Source: Candidatus Omnitrophota bacterium (GTDB lineage Bacteria > Omnitrophota > Gorgyraeia > 2-01-FULL-45-10). From it: 64,000 bases of DNA. Below the pieces are notes generated by a model, which did no database searches, was not told the DNA's origin, and saw only the letters and a list, made by a program, of their open reading frames with translations. Made by a program: the position numbers and the translations under genes. Positions 56,693-64,000 of the stretch are shown here, piece after piece (the first letter of the stretch is position 1; the number at the start of each line of letters is the position of its first letter). The DNA is taken from assembly GCA_041650935.1 (NCBI GenBank), contig JBAZKH010000001.1, positions 487,936 to 551,935 on the forward strand, written 5' to 3'.

Positions 56693-58757
56693 TGCGCAGA
56701 GTCCTTTTAATGCCTTCTTCGAATTGTACATTTTGTTTCCAATCAAGGTCCTGTTCCGCCCGCGCCGTAGAATGCTTCGGGCTTTTGCTGACGCATTTAA
56801 GCTTGTATACAAGTGAAACCTTTTTATTCATGAACAGTGACACGGATTTTTCTATAAACCAGAAACCGGCCAGAAAAACCCAAAACGGTACATATATCAT
56901 GTTGATTTTTTCGTTTCCGTATTTGTTATAGAGTTTTATGTATTTTCTTTGTGTGGGATAATCGCTGTCAACAATGTTAAAAATTCCATCCTTTTTATTT
57001 TTTACGGCTAGTTCAAGCGCGTCAACAAGATTGTCTATATATATAAGAGGCAGTTTCCTGAACCCGAGTCCCATGACTATGCCGAACCGCTTTCCCAGTC
57101 TTATTGCCACGTCTTTAGGTAAAGAATTCTTTTGCGAGCCGTAAACAAGGCCCGGCCTCAATAAAGTCACAGTCAGCTTGTTCTTATTTTTTTCGATCAG
57201 GTTGAGCAGGAGTCTCTCCGCTTTAAGTTTCGCATGGGAATATGCCCCTCGTTTTTCAGGCATATGTTCATATGAAAAAGTTTCGTCGATTATTTTGCCG
57301 TTCGGATAACTTTTCGCGTCCAATACATTAAGCGTGCTTGTGTAAACCAGGTGGCGCACGCCGGTTTTTAAACATGCTTCAAATATATTGCGTGTCCCGG
57401 AAACAGTCGTATCCAGATGGTAGTTCCAGTCCCCTTTCATTGCGGCCGCCAGATGACACACGGTCTTGACACCCATGGAAGCATTTTCAACGTCTTTGTA
57501 TCTATATACATCGCCTTTGACGATTGAAATATTTGGGTTGTTTTTAATAATAGCGCTCTCCAGAGCGGATGAATGCGTTAGTACTCTTATCGAAAATCCT
57601 TTATCGGCCAAACGCTTGACCAGGCCGCTGCCGATAAGTCCGGATCCGCCGGTTACCAGGATATCGGCGGGCTTTAGAGTGTTGTTTTCCGCGCCGGCAT
57701 CCGTCTTTAAATTGGTAATCCGAGAAAATACTTTATCTAAAACAACGGCAAGGATCCTCCCGTTTTCATAGCCGACCGGAATATCTGTATTGGATAGCAG
57801 GGCGTTATAAAACGAGTAGATAATATGATCCAAGCCGTTGTAAGGATCGAGTTTCCCGAGGAAAAAGTTAAAAACATTCCGAATGCTTGCCATGATATAT
57901 TGCCACCCCACACTGATAGGGCCGATTATTCTTACGATCGGCCCGGGCAATTTTCCTTCCGGATTTAGAATAGTGATAAAATTGCGGAAATCTATTTTTA
58001 TGACCCCTTTTGTGCAAAATAGCTCTATGAAATTTTGAAGGGGTTTTGTTTTTAGGGATATATGCATTGATGCCGTAGTGTTTTTGCCCTGAAATATAGA
58101 TGCTATGCCGGTCACCATTCCATCGCTATTTTTCTCTATGGATGTAGCTATCTCTTCCATGCCTGGTATGAAGTCTTGTATAAGATAGACTACGTGTGGC
58201 GCTATATCGAAAAGCATGCCTCCTGGCAGGCCCTGAGCCCATCTATTGCCTACAAATTTAGTATTTGTCAGGACATCGTGGGAATAAGAAGCGTTAATAT
58301 GCGAAATCTCTCCGTAAGAGCCGCTATCAAGGATGTCCCTGACCTTCCTTGTCTGCTCATCGAAGGAACGCATGTGATCAATGCAAACTTTTCCGCCTGT
58401 TCTTTTACAGGCCTGTGTTATTTCATCCGCCTCCCCAGCAGAAATACACATAGGCTTTTCTATCAGAACATTCATGCCTTTATCGAGGCATTTGATCGCG
58501 ATGTCCTTATGTGTCGAAGGTGGTGTCAAGATATGCGCGATATCCGGATCGAAATCTTTATGTACATCGGAAATATCGGTATACGTTTTTGCAATACCGT
58601 ACCGTTTTGCGAAATCCTCAAGCCTTACGGGATCCATATCGCATAGCGCGATGTCCGATATATTGATATATTTCCGGATGGATGCCATGTGTTTTTCCGC
58701 TATGTTTCCACACCCAACTATCACGACCCGGAAAGAAAATTTATTTTTACCGTTCAT
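56661..58757 (-). CDS. fusion protein: Gfo/Idh/MocA-family NAD(P) oxidoreductase at the N-terminus plus NAD-dependent epimerase/dehydratase (extended SDR) at the C-terminus
   Basis: ..FRVVIVGCGNIAEKH.. Rossmann region and MocA-like body (~1-330). Then ..ILVTGGSGLIGSGLVKRL.. and YxxxK (..YSHAKLKAE..). Confidence 0.7.
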   Translation of the reverse strand: MNGKNKFSFRVVIVGCGNIAEKHMASIRKYINISDIALCDMDPVRLEDFAKRYGIAKTYTDISDVHKDFDPDIAHILTPPSTHKDIAIKCLDKGMNVLIEKPMCISAGEADEITQACKRTGGKVCIDHMRSFDEQTRKVRDILDSGSYGEISHINASYSHDVLTNTKFVGNRWAQGLPGGMLFDIAPHVVYLIQDFIPGMEEIATSIEKNSDGMVTGIASIFQGKNTTASMHISLKTKPLQNFIELFCTKGVIKIDFRNFITILNPEGKLPGPIVRIIGPISVGWQYIMASIRNVFNFFLGKLDPYNGLDHIIYSFYNALLSNTDIPVGYENGRILAVVLDKVFSRITNLKTDAGAENNTLKPADILVTGGSGLIGSGLVKRLADKGFSIRVLTHSSALESAIIKNNPNISIVKGDVYRYKDVENASMGVKTVCHLAAAMKGDWNYHLDTTVSGTRNIFEACLKTGVRHLVYTSTLNVLDAKSYPNGKIIDETFSYEHMPEKRGAYSHAKLKAERLLLNLIEKNKNKLTVTLLRPGLVYGSQKNSLPKDVAIRLGKRFGIVMGLGFRKLPLIYIDNLVDALELAVKNKKDGIFNIVDSDYPTQRKYIKLYNKYGNEKINMIYVPFWVFLAGFWFIEKSVSLFMNKKVSLVYKLKCVSKSPKHSTARAEQDLDWKQNVQFEEGIKRTLRNEKEAINAIS

Positions 58758-59926
58758 TTCGCTCTTTCACCTTTCAGGATATCGCAGGCAATCGTAGATA
58801 TTTCCGCGCATCTGTTTTCCCATGATAGTTTCGCGACTTTTGCTATCCGTTCCTTTATTTTTGCTTCATTGTCACATACCAGGCATTTTTCTATCTTTTT
58901 TATAAAATCAGCATAACCGTCAGCTATTTCCACAACATCTGAAAATTTTTCAACTTCAGGAGTCCTGACGCTGACCACCGGCTTACCCATGCATAAATAC
59001 TCACGAAGCTTTATAGGGTTTGCGTTATAAACCTGATCGTTTAAAACGTAAGGCATTATTGCAACATCAAACGACTTGCCATAATCAGGTATTACGCTAT
59101 AAGGCTTAGCGCCAAGGAATATTATGTTTTTTAAGCCGGCTAAACCTGATATATCTTGCGCTACCCTGCCTATCATAAGGATTGACCAATCGGGCTTTTT
59201 CGTCGCCACCTCTTTTATTAATTCCAGGTCAACCCACTTTTCTATAAGCCCAAAAAAGCCAATTACAGGATGTTTAAGGTCCTTGATATCGTCGGGCGCT
59301 TGAGTTTTATTGTTTACTTCGGTAGAGAAGTGACGGATATCAACGCCATGCGGACTTAAGAAAGTATTTTTATTTGCTTTTAATTTTTTTTCATACAATG
59401 GTATAGATGGCGTAAATACAGCATTGGCGCTTGCGGTCAAAAAGGCATCGTAGTCTGAAACTAGATCATGCTTTACGCCAGGCATCGAGGAGAAGTCGTC
59501 GACGCAATAATAGATCATGCGATTATTGTTGAGCGCATCTACCGCCATAGCCATGTGGGGCGCTATTATCCATAATATGGAATTTTTAAATCCGAGTTTT
59601 TTTGCAACTCTCTTTATGAGAAACCCAAGAAGACGCTTGTTTATTATTTTTAGTAACGCATTGCCATGAAAAGGCAAAATCAACGGTGAGTATACGTATA
59701 TAGAATCCGATACTTTTTTTGGTTCGGAAAATACCTTTAACATTTTTTTGTATACTCGAGTTATGTCATGACCAGACATTTTTGGAGGCCTCAGCCCACT
59801 AGCCTCAATATAAAGCACCCTATTATCCCTGGATAGTTGTAACGCTATGTGGTGGCTGCTGGTCCGGTTATCGGCGTTCCAGTCATTGCCGAAATAAATG
59901 ATATTTTCGTTTTTAAGCATCTTCAT
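58754..59926 (-). CDS. GT-B glycosyltransferase (group-1-like)
   Basis: ..IGFFGLI...VDL.L...A......I.IG..... and a C-terminal ..N..K..EYL..GKPVVS.. pattern. Confidence 0.55.
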   Translation of the reverse strand: MKMLKNENIIYFGNDWNADNRTSSHHIALQLSRDNRVLYIEASGLRPPKMSGHDITRVYKKMLKVFSEPKKVSDSIYVYSPLILPFHGNALLKIINKRLLGFLIKRVAKKLGFKNSILWIIAPHMAMAVDALNNNRMIYYCVDDFSSMPGVKHDLVSDYDAFLTASANAVFTPSIPLYEKKLKANKNTFLSPHGVDIRHFSTEVNNKTQAPDDIKDLKHPVIGFFGLIEKWVDLELIKEVATKKPDWSILMIGRVAQDISGLAGLKNIIFLGAKPYSVIPDYGKSFDVAIMPYVLNDQVYNANPIKLREYLCMGKPVVSVRTPEVEKFSDVVEIADGYADFIKKIEKCLVCDNEAKIKERIAKVAKLSWENRCAEISTIACDILKGERAK

Positions 59927-61716
59927 TTCAATATCTCCTCAACGGTTGCAAACTCAAATCCCCCACCGTGAAGCTTCGTGATTATTTGTGGCAATGCCGA
60001 TGCAGTGAACTCGTTGTCGTCGTGGAACAGTATGATTTCGCCATTTTTAACGTGTCCTCCCGAGGTTTTATCTACAAGAAGCTGGGCGTCTTTGATCCGA
60101 AAATCATTGCTATCGAGTGACCACATAACAGTTGTAATATTATTTTTTTTGCAATACAGCAACTGGCTTAACGATAGTGCTCCTTGCGGCGGCCTGAACA
60201 TATTGCTCTTAATGCCGAGCTCTTTTTCTATTATATCTCTTGTCATGGCGATTTCTTGCCGTTTATCCATGCTCCCCATACATCTATATCCGCGATGGGT
60301 ATATGAATGGAGCCCTATAGAATGACCTTGTGATAGTATGTCTGCGGCAATTCCTTTATGTTTACTGACCTCTTGGCCTATCAGGAAGAAGGTAGCTTTT
60401 ACGCCGTTCTCTTTAAGAATTTCTAGTATTTTTGGTGTAAATTTCGGGTTGGGGCCATCGTCAAACGTAAGCGCTACGAGTTTTTTATTTCTATTACCCC
60501 TCCATGCAACTATGTTTTTTGGGGTAATCGCATAGATGAAATTTTTAACCCACTCTTTAGCTTTCGGTCTATGGTCTATGGTCTGCGGTCTACAGTCTAT
60601 ACTCTTCAATACCTCGTCGAGCATCTCCGCGCTCTGCTTCCACGTATATGTTCTTCCCACTGGCGTTCTTGACATGTGGGATACTCCGAATCCCTTGTCG
60701 ATTGCTTTTGCCAATTCTTCTGAATTGCCAGGTTCGACCATTATTCCGGTCTTGTCAGATTCTATTATCTCGGGTATCCCCCCTACTTTTGCCGCGACAA
60801 CGTACTTACCGCAAGAGGTGGCTTCCAGCAATACATTCGGGCATCCCTCATTGCGGCTGGGCAAACAAAATATGTCGCATGCATTCATATAGTAGCGTAT
60901 TTCGTCATGTGCTTTGCGTCCTGCAAAGATAACCCTCTCTTTTATCTTCAACTTCTTAGCTTTCGTGCGAAGCGTATCTTCAAACGGACCGTCTCCCACC
61001 AGCGCAAGTAATATATCGGGGCTAATGCGCGCAAACGCATCGAGTAACACGTCAATGCCTTTGGCTTTAATCATGTTTCCGGCATATAAAACTATCTTTT
61101 TATCGGCAGGCAAATCGAGCTTTTTGCGACATTCCGCTTGATCCATGGGCTTGAATAAATCGTTATTCACCCCATTGGGTATAACTACTATCTTTTCAGA
61201 TGGTATTCCCATCCTGACTATTCGTTCCTTCAATGCTTTGCTTACAGCTATTACTTTGTTGCTGTTTAAAAGGGCCCAGGCAATCATTTTGCGCCGCAAA
61301 AAATAGCGCGTATGTGCATTAATATCAGTGCCGTGGACTTTAACGACTACCGGTTTTTTTAAAGCCTTTGCTATGAGGTAACTCCCAAAGGCATCCGGAT
61401 AAGCCCAAGTGGCTAGGATTGTATCAAATTTGAACTCTTTATATATTTTTTTTATCTTTGGTAGCAGCGAAATGTAAAAGAAGATTCCATATAGCGAACG
61501 CCCTATTTTTGGTATCATGAAATATCGGGTATGGTATACTTTGATGCCGGCAATAGCTTCTTGCCGGGGAATGCGCTTTTTACAATACCATGGCAATGGA
61601 GCCACCACTTGAAGGTTGCAAAGTTTGGACAGCTCAACAAATTGCTGTTTGTTGAATATGCCTCTGCCTAATTCTGCCGAGCTTGGGAATAGATTTGTTA
61701 TAATCAATATATTCAT
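59923..61716 (-). CDS. fusion protein: GT4 glycosyltransferase plus NodB-type polysaccharide deacetylase (CE4)
   Basis: GT4 ..NEGCPNVLLEATSCGKYVVAAKVGGIPEI... Linker ..SIDCRPQTIDHRPKAKEW... CE4 ..LTFDDGPNP....IL.....GVKATFF..G... and ..HSYTH.. Confidence 0.85.
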   Translation of the reverse strand: MNILIITNLFPSSAELGRGIFNKQQFVELSKLCNLQVVAPLPWYCKKRIPRQEAIAGIKVYHTRYFMIPKIGRSLYGIFFYISLLPKIKKIYKEFKFDTILATWAYPDAFGSYLIAKALKKPVVVKVHGTDINAHTRYFLRRKMIAWALLNSNKVIAVSKALKERIVRMGIPSEKIVVIPNGVNNDLFKPMDQAECRKKLDLPADKKIVLYAGNMIKAKGIDVLLDAFARISPDILLALVGDGPFEDTLRTKAKKLKIKERVIFAGRKAHDEIRYYMNACDIFCLPSRNEGCPNVLLEATSCGKYVVAAKVGGIPEIIESDKTGIMVEPGNSEELAKAIDKGFGVSHMSRTPVGRTYTWKQSAEMLDEVLKSIDCRPQTIDHRPKAKEWVKNFIYAITPKNIVAWRGNRNKKLVALTFDDGPNPKFTPKILEILKENGVKATFFLIGQEVSKHKGIAADILSQGHSIGLHSYTHRGYRCMGSMDKRQEIAMTRDIIEKELGIKSNMFRPPQGALSLSQLLYCKKNNITTVMWSLDSNDFRIKDAQLLVDKTSGGHVKNGEIILFHDDNEFTASALPQIITKLHGGGFEFATVEEILK

Positions 61717-61727
61717 AATGGTAGCAA

Positions 61728-62828
61728 CTATTTTTTAGCGAGGCATTCCTCGTAAATCAATTCGTATTCATTGACCATACGATTCAAACTAAATTTTTCT
61801 TCCATTCTTTTTCTGCCAGCTTGACCCATTTTTTTTGCCAAATCCGAATTTTGTATGAGCTTAATAATAGCTTCCGCCATCTTTTGAGGATCTTTTGGCG
61901 GAACTAAAATTCCAGTATCTCCATCAACTACAACTTCTGGATTCCCGCCCACATTGGTAGCGACTACCGGTTTACGGGCAGCCATTGCTTCAAGTAGACT
62001 TAATGAGATGCCTTCCGTAAGTGATGGGAGAGCAAAAATATCGAACGCTTCAACGATCTCCCTAGCGTCTGCTCTAAAGCCCAAAAAGATAATCTTATCA
62101 GCGATACCTAATTTTTCGCTATAATTATGCAAGGCTTGCTTTAACGGGCCATCTCCAACGAATACCAGTATTACATTCTTTACGGCTTGCGAAACCTTTT
62201 GGAACGCGTCTAGTAATGCAACTTGATATTTCTCCTCCGATAGACGCGAGACAGTTCCGATAATTTTATATCTTGCATCTACTTTAAATATTTTCTCTTT
62301 TATTGATCGAGTATCGAGTTTTTCTGACGAGGCGGCATCTATTCCATTATAAATTACCCGTAACTTATCATATTTGATACGGTTGAATGTTAGAAATCTG
62401 CGCTTGGCATCCTCGGATATCGCTATAACGGCGTTGTTCATGCTCCAGAAGAGCCAATTAGCCCGTTTATCTTCCCTGCCGTGCCGGGTGTTTATCACAA
62501 CAGGTATGCCTGCAAATCTTGCCGCAAGAGTTCCATAGATCATGGCTTCGAGATTATGCGTATGAGCAATGTCTACTTTTTTGTTTTTGAGTATCTTCGA
62601 TAGAGTAATCGGTAGAGACATGTCTATGCCCGGTTTTCTGCTCATGACCACAACATCTATGCCTTTGGCTTCAGCCTGGTTTGTCAGATCTCCCGCTCGG
62701 TCAAGACAGCATATGGACGACAAATAGCCTGCAATCTTCAGTCTTTCAGCCAGGTCGATAGCAAGCTTTTCCATGCCTCCGCACTCCAAACTTGGTACTA
62801 TTTGCATTATATGTTTATATTTGGCCAT
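61728..62828 (-). CDS. family 4 glycosyltransferase
   Basis: ..EGISLSLLEAMAARKPVVATNVGGNPEVV.DG.TG.. Confidence 0.85.
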   Translation of the reverse strand: MAKYKHIMQIVPSLECGGMEKLAIDLAERLKIAGYLSSICCLDRAGDLTNQAEAKGIDVVVMSRKPGIDMSLPITLSKILKNKKVDIAHTHNLEAMIYGTLAARFAGIPVVINTRHGREDKRANWLFWSMNNAVIAISEDAKRRFLTFNRIKYDKLRVIYNGIDAASSEKLDTRSIKEKIFKVDARYKIIGTVSRLSEEKYQVALLDAFQKVSQAVKNVILVFVGDGPLKQALHNYSEKLGIADKIIFLGFRADAREIVEAFDIFALPSLTEGISLSLLEAMAARKPVVATNVGGNPEVVVDGDTGILVPPKDPQKMAEAIIKLIQNSDLAKKMGQAGRKRMEEKFSLNRMVNEYELIYEECLAKK

Positions 62829-62830
62829 AA

Positions 62831-64000
62831 TCAGTTATTCCCAAATTCTATGGGTACTTTTGAGATAACAACCCTATACTTACCGGAATCGCTGAGTGGT
62901 ATCTCGTTGGTTAATTTTATATCGAGATCTACGTCGTCTTTGACGACTTCGCGAACACGCCTTAAAAACAAATTCCTTTCGATATCCGAAAAATCCCGGT
63001 TTCTTATTATATTAAATAGAAGACTACCTTTTCTTTCTTGAACGATTTGATATTGTTTAATCCAATCGAATTCCCTAAAAAGAAAGCAGAATGCTTGCGG
63101 CTGAATAAATTTGCCATTCTTGCCAAGCAGTATATCCATAGTTCGACCTTCCACTCTTTCCGTTAAAGGTAAGCCTCTACCACAGGCACATGTTTTCCCA
63201 GACGGTACTCCGATATCCCCTATCTTGTATCGAATAAAAGGCATGCCATAATTATTCATATCGGTCAATACTATTTCACCGAGTTCGCCTTCTTTTACGG
63301 GAATATTATCCTTTAAAAACTCAATATAGATATTGTCGAGATTGAGATGTAGTCCTGTATGCTCACCGCATTCCGCTGCTACGAGCATCATTTCGCTGCA
63401 ACCGTAGCGGTTAAAAACTTTACATTCAAATACGGACTCTATAAGTTCGCGCTGATAATCGTGCAGAGTTTCGGCAGACGCGATAATTGCTTTTGGTTTA
63501 ATAACCATCATGTTGGTCATCTTGGCAAATTTTGCAATAGTATATATTAGAGATACGTATGCTTCGATAATTAACGGTCTGTATCTGTTAATCTTCTGAA
63601 GGTAGCCTTTTAAACTGGCTTCTGACAGATCGAACGCATTGATAAACTGCCTTCTCATAAAACCGTTATGCAAAGTTAACTTAGCCTGCTTTATTTTCGA
63701 TATAGGGCTTACCGGCCTGCCCCATAGTACGGTTGTCTTCATGCCGAAATCCCAGCCTGCCCATCTGTTAGATCTGGCTGCCGCAGCTATGCGCCATTCA
63801 TAGCTCTCGCGTGGATATACAAAGTTTATAGGCTCACCCGTAGATCCACCCGTCTCATTTTTGCATAAATTTCTATCTATGTAGTTTTCTGCGATTAAAG
63901 CAGCCCCGTTACTTTGGATATCGCTTTTTGTCAAAAAAGGTATCTTTCTAAAATCTTCCGGAGTTAGAATTTTCGAGGGGTTAACGTTATGCTGCATAAA
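62831..64000 (-). CDS. CapK / phenylacetate-CoA-ligase-like adenylate-forming enzyme (F390-synthetase family). The 5' end probably lies beyond the window
   Basis: ..TGGSTGEP.. adenylation motif near the N-terminus. Family-typical length suggests the real start is upstream of position 64000. Confidence 0.65.
   Translation of the reverse strand, partial: FMQHNVNPSKILTPEDFRKIPFLTKSDIQSNGAALIAENYIDRNLCKNETGGSTGEPINFVYPRESYEWRIAAAARSNRWAGWDFGMKTTVLWGRPVSPISKIKQAKLTLHNGFMRRQFINAFDLSEASLKGYLQKINRYRPLIIEAYVSLIYTIAKFAKMTNMMVIKPKAIIASAETLHDYQRELIESVFECKVFNRYGCSEMMLVAAECGEHTGLHLNLDNIYIEFLKDNIPVKEGELGEIVLTDMNNYGMPFIRYKIGDIGVPSGKTCACGRGLPLTERVEGRTMDILLGKNGKFIQPQAFCFLFREFDWIKQYQIVQERKGSLLFNIIRNRDFSDIERNLFLRRVREVVKDDVDLDIKLTNEIPLSDSGKYRVVISKVPIEFGNN

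Overview
This 64 kb window looks like an envelope-polysaccharide and surface-protein island from an uncultured diderm (Gram-negative-type) bacterium. Markers for that call are LptC-like, Wza/Wzc, an outer-membrane beta-barrel, exosortase/PEP-CTERM and a sigma54 activator. Coding density is high and all three stop codons are used. No rRNA, tRNA or CRISPR array was found.

Layout on the + strand:
- 1-9.3 kb: a mixed block holding an FAD-oxidase 3' fragment, a glycine-zipper protein, an SNase-like nuclease, a PAC2-like protein, a Wzx-like flippase, a CHASE2-PP2C sensor phosphatase and an HTH-MNT/HEPN toxin-antitoxin pair.
- 9.5-17.7 kb: a co-oriented cluster of an LptC-like protein, two giant secreted multidomain proteins ending in FG-GAP/VCBS-like propeller repeats (one with perfectly identical 258-bp tandem repeats), and a Pro/Thr-rich anchored protein.
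- 17.9-28.5 kb: polysaccharide locus 1 (Wzx-like flippase, methyltransferase, FAD oxidoreductase, GT2, GT4, acetyltransferase, Wzy-like polymerase, WecB/TagA).
- 28.6-30.3 kb: a small island (AbiEi-like gene plus a frameshifted Fic gene) bounded by two identical 28-nt palindromes.
- 30.3-40.2 kb: TPR protein, O-antigen-ligase-like protein, priming sugar transferase, small periplasmic/HAMP/HExxH proteins, FecR-like protein, OM beta-barrel, short Wza-like exporter, Wzc tyrosine autokinase.

Layout on the - strand:
- 40.6-42.8 kb: a PocR-GAF sensor ORF and a receiverless sigma54 AAA+/HTH activator ORF in the same frame, separated by a 144-bp gap that carries a hairpin and a consensus sigma70 promoter.
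- 42.9-48.8 kb: TPR protein, membrane protein, then an exosortase system (exosortase, EpsI, sugar transferase, two PEP-CTERM proteins, one with a C-type-lectin fold).
- 48.8-50.7 kb: AbiEi/AbiEii toxin-antitoxin pair and a papain-like C1 peptidase.
- 50.7-64 kb: polysaccharide locus 2 (lyase-like lipoprotein, several GT-B/GT2/GT4 enzymes, a GT4-CE4 deacetylase fusion, a GFO/MocA-SDR epimerase fusion, acetyltransferase, CapK-like ligase truncated at the window end).

The most notable recurring signal is a dispersed family of short palindromes with a TTTAAA-type loop. Copies sit after genes, flank the AbiEi/Fic island, occur once in-frame inside a CDS, and lie in the gap of the split sigma54 regulator.

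All functional calls rest on motifs I recognised by eye in the translations. No database search was possible.
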